Assembly (NCBI GenBank): GCA_951406725.2
Contig: OX597834.1
Span: forward strand, 41,912,001 to 41,976,000
DNA: 64,000 nt
Source: Octopus vulgaris
Lineage: Eukaryota
Reading direction: 5' to 3'
Below are positions 51,901 to 63,415 of this stretch, piece after piece. Both the position numbers and the translations under genes were made by a program. Numbering within the stretch: position 1 is the first letter of the stretch; each line of letters begins with the position of its first letter. The notes below the pieces were generated by a model. The model was not told the DNA's origin and searched no databases. It was given only the letters and a program-made list of their open reading frames with translations.

Positions 51901-53549
51901 GCTACTTACCACACAGCCACTCCTGCGCCTATAGCTACTTACCACACAGCCACTCCTGCGCCTATAGCTACTTACCACACAGCCACTCCTGCGCCTATAG
52001 CTACTTACCACACAGCCACTCCTGCGCCTATAGCTACTTACCACACAGCCACTCCTGCGCCTATAGCTACTTACCACACAGCCACTCCTGCGCCTATAGC
52101 TACTTACCACACAGCCACTCCTGCGCCTATAGCTACTTACCACTTAGCCACTCCTGTGCCTATAGCTACTTACCACTTAGCCACTCCTGCGCCTATAGCT
52201 ACTTACCACACAGCCACTCCTGCGCCTTTAGCTACTTACCACACAGCCACTCCTGCGCCTATAGCTACTTACCACACAGCCACTCCTGCGCCTATAGCTA
52301 CTTACCACACAGCCACTCCTGCGCCTATAGCTACTTACCACACAGCCACTCCTGTGCCTATAGCTACTTACCACACAGCCACTCCTGTGCCTATAGCTAC
52401 TTACCACACAGCCACTCCTGCGCCTATAGCTACTTACCACACAGCCACTCCTGCGCCTATAGCTACTTACCACACAGCCACTCCTGCGCCTATAGCTACT
52501 TACCACACAGCCACTCCTGTGCCTATAGCTACTTACCACTTAGCCACTCCTGCGCCTATAGCTACTTACCACACAGCCACTCCTGTGCCTATAGCTACTT
52601 ACCACTTAGCCACTCGTGTGCCTATAGCTACTTACCACACAGCCACTCCTGCGCCTATAGCTACTTACCACACAGCCACTCCTGCGCCTTTAGCTACTTA
52701 CCACACAGCCACTCCTGCGCCTATAGCTACTTACCACACAGCCACTCCTGCGCCTATAGCTACTTACCACACAGCCACTCCTGCGCCTATAGCTACTTAC
52801 CACACAGCCACTCCTGTGCCTATAGCTACTTACCACTTAGCCACTCCTGTGCCTATAGCTACTTACCACACAGCCACTCCTGCGCCTATAGCTACTTACC
52901 ACACAGCCACTCCTGCGCCTATAGCTACTTACCACACAGCCACTCCTGCGCCTATAGCTACTTACCACACAGCCACTCCTGCGCCTATAGCTACTTACCA
53001 CACAGCCACTCCTGCGCCTATAGCTACTTACCACACAGCCACTCCTGCGCCTATAGCTACTTACCACACAGCCACTCCTGCGCCTTTAGCTACTTACCAC
53101 TTAGCCACTCCTGCGCCTTTAGCTACTTACCACACAGCCACTCCTGCGCCTATAGCTACTTACCACACAGCCACTCCTGCGCCTTTAGCTACTTACCACA
53201 CAGCCACTCCTGCGCCTATAGCTACTTACCACTTAGCCACTCCTGCGCCTATAGCTACTTACCACACAGCCACTCCTGCGCCTTTAGCTACTTACCACAC
53301 AGCCACTCCTGCACCTTTAGCTACTTACCACACAGCCACTCCTGCGCCTATAGCTACTTACCACACAGCCACTCCTGCGCCTATAGCTACTTACCACACA
53401 GCCACTCCTGCGCCTTTAGCTACTTACCACACAGCCACTCCTGCGCCTATAGCTACTTACCACACAGCCACTCCTGCGCCTTTAGCTACTTACCACTTAG
53501 CCACTCCTGCGCCTATAGCTACTTACCACACAGCCACTCCTGCGCCTAT
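48871..53549. repeat. 33-bp minisatellite, ~142 copies, derived from the SINE A 5' end
   Basis: Unit AGCTACTTACCACACAGCCACTCCTGCGCCTAT is the reverse complement of ATAGGCGCAGGAGTGGCTGTGTGGTAAGTAGCT. Confidence 0.97.
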
Positions 53550-53692
53550 TATATATAAAAAAAAATATATGGGCAGCTGAGGTAGTTCTAGATATGTTCT
53601 AGATAACAAAGATGAGATTATCAAAACTGGAAATACCTCTGCTCAATGGTTTACTTATTTAGAGCTGATGCAGAACTAAACAACAGCTGAAT

Positions 53693-53880
53693 GTGGAGGC
53701 GCAATGGCCCAGGGGTTAGGGCAGCGGACTCGCGGTTGTAAGAACATGGTTTCGATACCCAGACCAGCCATTGTGAGTGTTTTTTGAGCAAAAACACCTA
53801 AGCTCCATGAGGCTCCGGCAGGGGGTGGTGGTGAACCCCGCTGTACTCTTTCACCACAACTTTCTCTCTTTCTTCCTACT
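53693..53880 (+). mobile_element. SINE family D, 5' part
   Basis: GTGGAGGCGCAATGGCCCAGGGGTTAGGGCAGCGGACTCGCGG...GGTTTCGATACCCAGACC. Confidence 0.85.
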
Positions 53881-54980
53881 TCTGCCACAAAGCAAAGGAA
53901 CCATGGTGTAACTCACTATGGTCTGGTAAACTTTCAGACCCTAGTCTAGATTGCGAATCCTCTCTACCCCAGGATGGTTCAGCTCTCCTCCCGTTAAAAG
54001 CCACCGTTTACGGAATGAGGATAACAGTGTAGCTTTCGCGCCCGTGCAACCGCCAGTCTATCGTGTGTGGTGAGTGGATCTTCAAGTTGCCACACACATT
54101 CTTAGTAGCTTAGAGTAGGTTCGAACATGAGATTATTCTTTGTGGCTAATGGCATGAGTCCTGAAGAAGAAGAAGAAGAAGAAGAAGAAGCAGAAGAAGA
54201 AGAAGAAGAAGAAGGAGAATTGGAAGAAGAAGAAGAAGAAGAAGAAGAAGAAGAGAGTTAGAGAAAGATAAGAGACAGTCAGAGTGAGATCAAATTGTTT
54301 GTTTAACCCCAGGTCAACCTTGATGGAGCAGACCTGCAGACTTGTGGGGAACAGCCTTTCAGCTGTGACCATCCAGTCTTATATTTTCCATGCATTGTTT
54401 TCTTTCAGACTTCATTGCCCAAACTGACTTACTTTTTTAAAAGTTGGTAGAGTGTGATTTGAAGGAGATTTGACTGCTATTTCTAGCAGGTTGAATAATA
54501 GGACATGAGTGAATGAATGTGACATATTTCTGGTTGTACTTCAACGAAATTATGGCCACCACTAAAAATATTGGTGATATTCACACACAAAAAACTCTAT
54601 AATCTAATGGTGACGTTTCACCAGCACAATCCAGCGGAAGCTTTTGGTTAATCTGATTATTAGGTTTAAATTTTGTTCTGTTTGTTATGCATCTTTTATG
54701 TAATACGTCCCACCCAGCTTAATCCAACTTCCATTTTCTTATGTGTCCATGCATGCGTGTCAGTGTGTGTGTGTGTGTGTGTGTGTGTATTTAACTGGAA
54801 GAAGTTACACTCATTGAAAGATCGAGAGTGCATTGGCACTTATCAAAGAGTTTGACAAATACCAGTACATGAAACACTCAGACCTTGAGTCACTCAGTAA
54901 CTTTTGCAGATTAAATAAAAAAAAATATGCTGCTACTCCTGTTTTGAGTTCTAAATCTATATGTATATACATATATATAT

Positions 54981-55070
<90 letters not shown>

Positions 55071-55359
55071 CAAAATAAGCAACAAGGATATCCAAGGTAG
55101 TGTAGTACAATTGTTTCATGCTACTTCATTTTATTAAACACTGTAAACACTGATGCCTTTAACTTAAGTACCATATTCATTTGAATCTAATATATATATA
55201 TATTATAATAATAATAGTAGGGAATATAATTCCAAAACTTACAAGGAAAAATTCAATTTAACAATTTCAAATCAAATTTTTATATGCTGTGAAGAAGTGA
55301 ATAACATCTTTCTTTATTGAATTGTTTAATAGTGGTTTTTCTCTAAGTTATATATATAT

Positions 55360-55860
55360 TTTTTCTCTCCTTGTTTTTTCTGTGTCCCTTTCTGTAGAGG
55401 AGCGTAGGCTCGAAACATACTTTTTCAATTCCTGAGCGTTATTGTAATGCATCTGTTTGTTTTGTACACCACCTGTCTTCATAGAATAAGTACTAGGCTT
55501 ACAAAGAATAAGTCCTGGGGTCGATTTCTTCGACTGAAAGGCAGTGCTCCAGCATGGCCGCAGTCCAATGACTGAAACAAGTAAAAGAGTAGAGTATACG
55601 GTAGGCTTCTTTCAGTTTCTGTCTACCAAATCCACTCACATATCTTTGCTCAGCCCGAGGTTATAGTAGAAGACACTTGCCCAAGGTACCATGTGGTTGT
55701 GAAGCAAGTTTCTTACCGAGGTCAACTTTGCGTTTCATCCTTTCGGGGTCGATTAAATAAGTACCAGTTACGCACTGGGGTCGATATAATCGACTTAATC
55801 CGTTTGTCTGTCCTTGTTTGTCCCCTCTATATTTAGCCCCTTGTGGGTAGTAAAGAATTA
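55360..55860. mobile_element. Patchwork: Penelope-like fragment (55360-55480), SINE A tail and inverted body, SINE C body
   Basis: Each piece matches family sequences elsewhere in the window. Confidence 0.7.
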
Positions 55861-56440
55861 TATATATATATGAATATTACGGACTTTATATTTGAAATTA
55901 AATACAAAAAATACAAAACAAAACAAAATTGAATCAAATAAATGTATATGCATTATATAATATACTTCATTCCAGTAATCTTTGAATATTCCAACTGGCC
56001 ATATCAGGCATTAAACCACTCTGCCTGTTTTACGTTTAAACTTTACCATATCTGATCTCTCACGCCTATCCTATAATGGCATTCTAAAGATAAACAGTTA
56101 CGCTATTGAAATCTCAAAGCTACAGGATATTGCATATGATAAATTCAAAAAACAATGGGAATAGATAAACATTACGTTTGACTGGGGAAGCTGAAGGTTA
56201 AAAGGGGTTTAACTCAAATTGACTTCCATAATGGAAACGTTAAACAGTATTGACTTCTGACAAGATGATTCTCTCCCTTGCAATATGTTCACATCCAATG
56301 AACCAAATAATTTTGCGTGTATGGATGCACACACGCCACATGAATTAATTCTTTTTTTGGATTTAGATCTGGAAGTACATAAAAGACGATAAATAGTAGC
56401 ATGTAAATGATTAGATAAATAAATGTATGTGTGTGTGTGT

Positions 56441-56690
56441 GTGTATATCTGTCGGGCATGTGGAAGAGAGTGTAATTCGGCAGGGGGACTTAAACGACAT
56501 GCAAAGGTACTTGAAGCCCAGTTACAACTACAGCCGGCTATTACCAGTAAAGGTTTTTTGGTGCCAATTCTGTACAAGACATTGTAGATCTTTGGCTGGG
56601 CTAAAAAGTCACATTCGATCACAGCACCAGTAACAGCTAAGCTTTGTGCAATGGCCATACTCGATAACGAGGGGGCAGCCATCATGTATG
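56441..56690 (+). mobile_element. RTE-clade LINE 3' end with two C2H2-like fingers
   Basis: YICRACGRECNSAGGLKRH...CQFCTRHCRSLAGLKSHIR*, then a short UTR stem CTCGATAACGAG and an (ATGT)n tail. Confidence 0.7.
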
Positions 56691-56706
56691 TATGCATGCA
56701 TGCATG

Positions 56707-57006
56707 ATAATGAAATTATTGTATACAGTGCGCCACAACTTGTCAAAAGTGCGTATAAAGCACATGCAGTAATGTACAACTGAGTCGGTCCTTTGAAGTA
56801 CAGGTACAGCAGAAACAGGAAGAAAGAGTGAGAGAAAGTTGTGGTAAAAGAGTACAACAGGGTTCACCACTACCCCCTGCCGGAGCCTCGTGGACCTTTA
56901 GGTGTTTTTGCTGAATAAACACTCACAATGGCAGGCCTTGGAATCGAAACCGTGATCCTACGACTGCAAGTCCACTGCCCTAACCACTGGGTCATTGCGT
57001 CTCCAC
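56707..57006 (-). mobile_element. SINE family D variant with a CR1-derived 3' tail
   Basis: Family D head at 57006; 56707-56779 matches the CR1 3' UTR at 62960-63046. Confidence 0.85.
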
Positions 57007-57189
57007 AACAAAAAAAAACAATAATTATGAACTTATTGTATTCAGGTCTCAGGTTCACTGCAACTCATCAGAGAAAGTAACCCAAACTGCATGAACAGAA
57101 CTAAGAATATGCAGAGGAAAGGAACAGTGTATAAGTCTTTAAAATAAAATTGAAAAATTAAAAAATGAGGGTGGTGGGGGTCATCAGGT

Positions 57190-57380
57190 GCACCTTAGCG
57201 AAGGCAGAGGTATTGTTTTCAGTTGTGTTTGTTTGTTTGTTTGTCCGTGGACAAGATATCTCAAGAACTGCTGGATGGATTCAAATGAAACTTTCAGGGA
57301 TGTTTGACCTCATGACTGGCACTAACTGATTAGATTTTGGGATCGATCCAGTACCGGACAAGGATTTCTGGATTATTTTT
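57190..57380 (+). mobile_element. Helentron-associated (HINE/DINE-1-like) element fragment
   Basis: 5' stem CCTTAGCGAAGG, (TTTG)n, GGATGGATTCAAATGAAACTTT core. Confidence 0.5.
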
Positions 57381-57403
57381 CCTGTTTTAATTTGCTACTA
57401 CTG

Positions 57404-57439
<36 letters not shown>

Positions 57440-58429
57440 TCACCACAGTCGCTGCTGCCGCCACCACCACCATCAACACCACCACCAACACCAACACCAC
57501 AGCTACTGCTGCCACTGCCACCACCACTACCACTGCTGCTGCTGCTTCTGTTGCTGGTGCTACAGCTGGCCACCACCACCACCATCACTGATGACGATGA
57601 TGATGATGATTGTCATTTATGATTGAGCAGGATCTAAAGTTGCAGAAATACCTTTTCTTTTGTTAACGGAGTGAAACCTCGTCAGACAAGAAACTCGTTA
57701 ATTCCACCCGGCATAGTTATGAAGTGAATCAAAATTAAACGAGGAAGTCTGAACATAACGAAGGAATTACGAACGTAGTGAAGGAACTGCATGACATAGG
57801 TCGTTGGTTGTTATAGCAATATTTTAACCTGTCAGACCTGATTTAGCAGATAGATGATTAAAAGCGATTCCAGCCTTGACCATCCTAACTGTTTTTATTG
57901 GTTCAGCCACAGTTTACCTTGGCCTACATTATCCAATGTGTCATTCTAATTTTTTTTTTCAAGATTGTAGGGTGTGGTAGGAGTGAGGTTTGACTGCTAT
58001 TTTCAGCATAGGTACAGGCATGGGTGTATATCATTTGCAACTATCAAGTGATGTCATGAGACACAAACATTCACCCCAATCACACATACATACATACATA
58101 CATACATACATACATACATTCATATGTAAGTACGTACATACATACATGCATATGTACGTACATACATACGAGTGCATATGTGTGTGTACAATGAGCTTCT
58201 TTTAGTTTCCTTCTGCCACAACCACTCACAAGGCTTTGGGTGACCTTAGGCTATTGTAGAAGATAGTAGAAGACACCTGCCCAAGGTGCCTGAAACACTG
58301 AGACACTAGAACTTCTGGAACTTCAATAACCTTATTCAACTCTCACGATTTACCCTTAATTCTAGCTGCTATGGTTAACTCATTACAATGCTTGAAAACA
58401 TCACCCAGGTCATAGACAGCAGCTCACAG

Positions 58430-58803
58430 TGGAGGCGCAATGGCCCAATGGTTAGGGCAGTGGACTCGCGGTCGAACGAGCGCGGTTTCGATTCCCAGAC
58501 CGGGCGTTGTGTGTTTATTGAGCGAAAACACCTAAAGCTCCACGAGGCTCCAGCAGGGGGTGGTGGCGACCCCTGTTGTACTCTTTTGCCCCAACTTTCT
58601 CTCACTCTTTCTTCCAGTTTCTTGTCCCTGACCTCCTACGCAACCGCTAAGCCTGGATGCACATTCATCCATCCGTCGATGCTCTTGGTGTCGGGGGTTG
58701 ACCTGCTTTCTCTTCTGCGGGTCTTACGAATAGCAAAGGACCACGTTTTGAACTTCTCCCATCTTGCGAGCTCTGGGACGAAGACCGTTCGCTCAACAGC
58801 TCA
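58430..58803 (+). mobile_element. SINE family D, full length, 14-bp TSD
   Basis: ACAGCAGCTCACAG at 58416-58429 and 58804-58817. Confidence 0.9.
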
Positions 58804-59062
58804 ACAGCAGCTCACAGGTGGAGTTATCTATCTTGAGTTTGCCAAAAGCCTTTAATTCTATGCCACACAAATAACTCATGGTGAAGCTCTCTGTGATGGG
58901 TATGATGGCTAATCTTTATGACAGGTTGCAGCCCAGCATTTCTGGTTGGGAAGAGGTAGTAACCACACCTGGATAACTTACTGCATCTTATGTTATGGCA
59001 TGTCTAGTCCTGCAGGAATCTGTTCTTGGTCTCCTGTTGTTGTGTATATTAACAAAATAAGG

Positions 59063-59226
59063 TAGGCGCAGGAGCGGCTGTGTGGTAAGTAGCTTGCTTA
59101 CCAACCACTCGGTTCCGGGTTCAGTCCCACTGCACGGCACTTTGGGCCAGTGTCTTCTACTATAGCCTCGAGCCGACCAAAACTTTGTGTATGGATTCGA
59201 TAGACGGAAACTGAAAGAAGCTCGTC

Positions 59227-59260
<34 letters not shown>

Positions 59261-59479
59261 ATATTTGTATGTGTGTCTGTGTTTGTCCCCCCACCATTGC
59301 TTAACAACCAATGTTGGTGCATTTATGTCTCTGTAACTTAGCAGTTTGGCAAAAGAGACTGATAGAATAATAAGCACTAGGCTTACAAAGAATAAGTCCT
59401 GGGGTCGATTTGATTCGACTAAAGGCGGTACTCCAGCATGGTCGCAGTCAAATGACTGAAACAAGTAAAAGATTAAAAG
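59063..59479 (+). mobile_element. SINE family A, full length, 8-bp TSD
   Basis: AAAATAAG at 59054-59061 and 59480-59487. Confidence 0.9.
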
Positions 59480-59898
59480 AAAATAAGAATCATCTTAAAA
59501 TATATTACTGTGTTAAACTATTTACAAATGACGTAAGATTTACCGTGAGATAAAACGAATAAATCTTCTAATGCTATTAAAGATCTTTCTCATAATCTCA
59601 ACTAGACACAAAAGATTACTGTCTTGCAACTCAAGCTGACTACCAAGAAAAGCACCACAATATATTCTGGGTGGAAAAACCACAACATATCCACCCATAT
59701 ATCCACTTCCTGTTTGACGTCTATTCTAAGAAGTAGGCAGGTGAACACCACTTAGGCATTGTTGTCAACAATGACTTGTGTGGGTTATGATTGATGTCTT
59801 TATTTGACTTTATTGCTGTTTTGTCATATTTTCCTCTTTTCGGACAAATTGTAGTACATATGAGAATAGTGTACAATAAGCCTATTATTATTAATATT

Positions 59899-59933
<35 letters not shown>

Positions 59934-60397
59934 GGTTTGGTTCAGGTTTGGTCTTATTTCTGGTAGGATTTATGTGGGCACTAGGTTACTTACTTGTAAC
60001 TTTAGATATCCACAAGTTTTCAGCAAACTTTCAAATGCTTAGAACCCTTCTGTTAATCCTTGCTGTCCCTAGGAGACAAACTTTTGTAGGAGCATTACTG
60101 GGCATTCTATTTCAATCTCCTTCAGCTATTTGTCTACTACTACTATTATTATTATTATTATTTCCCCTCTTTTCCCTTCTTTCTACAAATTTTCTTCCGT
60201 TTCTCGCCGAGTGTTTTCCATACACCTAGGGCAGAGAAGCTCATTGTATGCATTCCCAGATTACACGCGCAAATTCACAGGTAATATATGTATTTAAAAA
60301 AAATTAATAAATAAATAAATTCACGAATGGATGTTGTTTTTACAGAGATAATGCTCTTCTCAGTACATGAGTTGTTCCACTTAACACGATTTTTTGC

Positions 60398-60428
<31 letters not shown>

Positions 60429-60477
60429 CTTCTTCTTCTTCTTCTTCTTTTACATATTATTATTATCATTATTATTA

Positions 60478-60526
<49 letters not shown>

Positions 60527-60830
60527 AAGCAGTGAGCTGGTAGAATTGTTAGCATGCTGGGCAAAATGCCTAGCGGTATTTCAACTGTCGCTATGTTCTG
60601 AGTTCAAGTACTACCGAGGTCGACTTTGCCTTTCATCCTTTTAGAGTCGTTGAATTAAGTACCAGTGAAACACTGGGGTTGATGTAATCAACTCATTCTC
60701 TCCCCACCAAAATTGCTGCCCTGGGGGTGGGGGTCGATAAAATAAGTACCAGCTTAACGCTGGGGGGGTCAATGTAATCGACTTATACCCCTCCCTTGAA
60801 ATTGCTGTCCTTGTGCCAAATTTTGAAACC
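60527..60830 (+). mobile_element. Diverged SINE family C
   Basis: GAGCTGGTAGAATTGTTAGC...CCGAGGTCGACTTTGCCTTTCATCC. Confidence 0.75.
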
Positions 60831-60950
60831 TTTATTACAAATACCACAATGAGATAAGTCTGAAAGCTCTTGGTGTACCGTAATAACTGCCGTCCACCAA
60901 CTGAAGCCCGTAAAAGAGTGAAAGAAACGCTTGGAAAGTTGTAAGAGATT

Positions 60951-61424
60951 CCCTTTCATTACCGTATTTCTGTTGAGATGCTCTGAGTTTCTTTCAATTA
61001 ATTTTAAATATAACAAAGAATTTAGTAAAATAACTTAGTTATCCTTAAGCTAGTGTTAGGAACATAAATTGTGACTAAGGTTTGGTGGAGGATTTTAATT
61101 CAAAACTTATGAAAACAAGGCATTTGTACTACAGAGCCAGAGTTGGTTTTGGCCGGGTTGGTAACGAAAGGGTTAAGAATTGTTTCTCTATTATATATTT
61201 GAACCCTTTCATTAACGTATTTCTGTTGAGATGCTCTGTGTTTTTTTCAATTAATTTTAAATATAACAAAGAATTTAGTAAAATAACTTAGTTATCATTC
61301 AGCTAGTGTTAGGAACATAAATTGTGACTAAGGTTTGGTGGGAGATTTTAATTCAAAACTTATGAAAACAAGGCATTTGTACTCAGAGCTAGAGCCGGTT
61401 TCAGCCGGGTTGGTAACGAAAGGG
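60951..61424 (+). mobile_element. piggyBac-type MITE dimer
   Basis: Two CCCTTTC...GAAAGGG|TTAA units with the same spacer as at 18.4 kb and 35.5 kb. Confidence 0.85.
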
Positions 61425-61839
61425 TTAAATATAGAGAAAGTTAGGGTCGGTGAAATCATTAACATAATGGTTAGAGTATTGGAGTTACTTCCCTTTGATT
61501 AGAAATAAAAGAGGGAGATTATCACAATTTTGGTATTGAATTTTTATCTTTGATCTTTTTTATATTATCGATTGTGGCTGAGCTGGAGCAGGGCATTGAA
61601 GAATTTTTTTGTTGAATGATATCAACACCAGTACTTTTTTTTTTTTTTTTCAAACCCTGGTACTTATTTTATCTGTCTCTTTTGCTGAACAGCTATGTCA
61701 TGGGGACGTAAACACACTCACACCGGTTGTCAAGTGGTGGTGGGAAACACACACACACATACACACACAAATATATACGACAAGCTTCTTCCACATTATT
61801 TACACTCGACGGATATTTGTCCCCATCTTGTTTGTTGTT

Positions 61840-61885
61840 AACACAACGTTTCGGCTGGTATACCCTCCAGTCTTCATCAGGTGTC
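61840..61885 (-). ncRNA. Minimal type I hammerhead ribozyme motif in a Penelope-like fragment (~61790-61955) nested in a SINE A copy
   Basis: GACAC-CUGAUGA-A-GACUGG-agggtata-CCAGCC-GAAA-CG-UU-GUGUU: stem I, canonical core, stem II with one mismatch and palindromic minimal stem III. Confidence 0.7.
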
Positions 61886-62547
61886 TCAGGGAAATTTCAA
61901 ACCTAGGTTATTATTCCTAAGGTATTTTTCGATGCTATTATTATCATTCAGGTCACTTTATGTTTCTGTCTACCAAATCCACTTCCAAGGCTTTGGTAGG
62001 CCCGTGGCTATAGAAGAAAACACTTGCCCAGGATGCTATGCAGTGGTACTGGGCCTCAAACCATGGGATTTCAAAGCAAGCATCTTACCACACAGTTACA
62101 CCTGTACCTATGATTTCTTCTCTTTTTTTTTGAGACTGAATTTCTTTTATTTTAAACCAAAAATAGCTTCACCTCATTACCCCATTAATGGCATCTAGAA
62201 CCAGGTGTCACTACAACCTATTAACTCTTTTGATGTTTAAAAGATTCTGTTATGGTGTTGGTGGGGTGGGGGGGAAGAGGCTGAAATTTGATATTGTTGT
62301 GATGAGTGGTCAGTCTACATCTATCCATCACTACAGGTTTATAGCTTTAAGTTTATAGTGTATATGTGCGTGCATATACACACACATACATACATACATA
62401 CATACATACACACAGGCGTACGTACGTACATAGATACATACATACATGCATGCATGCATACATGCGTGTATGCATACATACACACATACATACATACATA
62501 TATATAACGAACTAACTGTTACTTTCTCAGATGCAGCACGGATTTTC

Positions 62548-62594
62548 TGTCAGTGAACAGGTCGCGGTCTTAAAGCGACGAAAATATTTTGACA
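62548..62594 (+). ncRNA. Hammerhead-like motif with G3-C8 swapped core
   Basis: UGUCA-GUGAACA-G-GUCGC-ggtcttaaa-GCGAC-GAAA-AUAU-UU-UGACA. Confidence 0.55.
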
Positions 62595-62940
62595 AATTAA
62601 ACTTAAATGTTGAAGTGAATCGAACGGCTTTTGTGTGTTTCTTAAATGGCTTACAAACACCTTCCACGCTGCAATTGTTATATTTTTATAGTTGTATTAT
62701 TAGGATTTGTATTTAAAAAAATTATTAAATTATTTTGTGCATTGGAGAGGTATACCTAATTTATTGCACATAAATTTTAACAACACAAACCTCATACAGG
62801 CTTCCAAGGGTCATATAGAGCCCCTTTGATAACCACTGGGTTAGAACCATACTATCTTCTCTTTCCCTCAGCACAGGAATAGGGACAAGTGAATAATAGA
62901 TGTTCAGGGGTCAATGGTTAAAGTGGAGTAAACCAGGTAT

Positions 62941-63415
62941 AAATAATAATAATAATAATAATAATAATGAAATTATTGTATACAGTGTTCAGGTGCACCA
63001 CACCTTGTCAGAAAGTGCGTATAGAGTATATGCAGTAATGTACAAATGTCTGGAAAGCGAACAATGCATGAGTCAGATACATGCTTGTGTGTGTATGGAG
63101 GTGAGAAAATCAGGCGTGGTGTTAGCGAATCTCAGAAAGCATGGAAGTTTTGAAGGATGCAGTGCTCCGACAACTAACAACTGATGCCGGCAGTTTGTTC
63201 CATGCTTCAGCAACTCTCAGCGTGAAAAAATGTTTCCTGAAGTCATAGAAGGAGCTGTGCTGTTTTCTGACTTTGTAAATATGTCCACGGGTGTTAGACA
63301 GGTGGAGTTTGAAAAGGTGCTCAGAGTTATTGTTTGTACGATAGTTGATAATTTTATGGGTGTCTGCCAAGTCAGCTGCCAGGCGTCGGAGTTTCAATGT
63401 GTCCATGCCCTTTGA
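62941..63415 (-). mobile_element. CR1-clade LINE 3' fragment (monomeric)
   Basis: LKLRRLAADL...NTRGHIYKVRK...RKHFFTLRVAEAWNKLPASVV...FK, followed by 3' UTR and (ATT)n tail. Confidence 0.92.

Larger units (their letters stand above)
58310..59780 (+). mobile_element. Old CR1/Jockey-group LINE RT fragment interrupted by two SINEs
   Basis: VIYLEFAK/AFNSMPHK*LMVKL, QESVLGLLL, YIN and LFTNDV correspond to the YLDFAKAFD, QGSVLGP and FADD motifs. Confidence 0.75.

Noticed and set aside
41415-53549. CRISPR-like appearance of the regular arrays
   Set aside because: The units are head-to-tail with no unique spacers, there are no cas genes and the context is eukaryotic.
48857-53580. 909-aa and 606-aa ATYHTATPAPI mucin-like ORFs
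   Set aside because: They are the antisense reading of a 33-bp SINE-head repeat, start inside a SINE at a non-ATG codon, have no signal peptide and are split by a frameshift near 51577.
56441-56633. Second host C2H2 zinc-finger gene
   Set aside because: It is frameshifted, 5'-truncated and followed by a retroposon-type UTR and tail; it fits an RTE LINE C-terminus.
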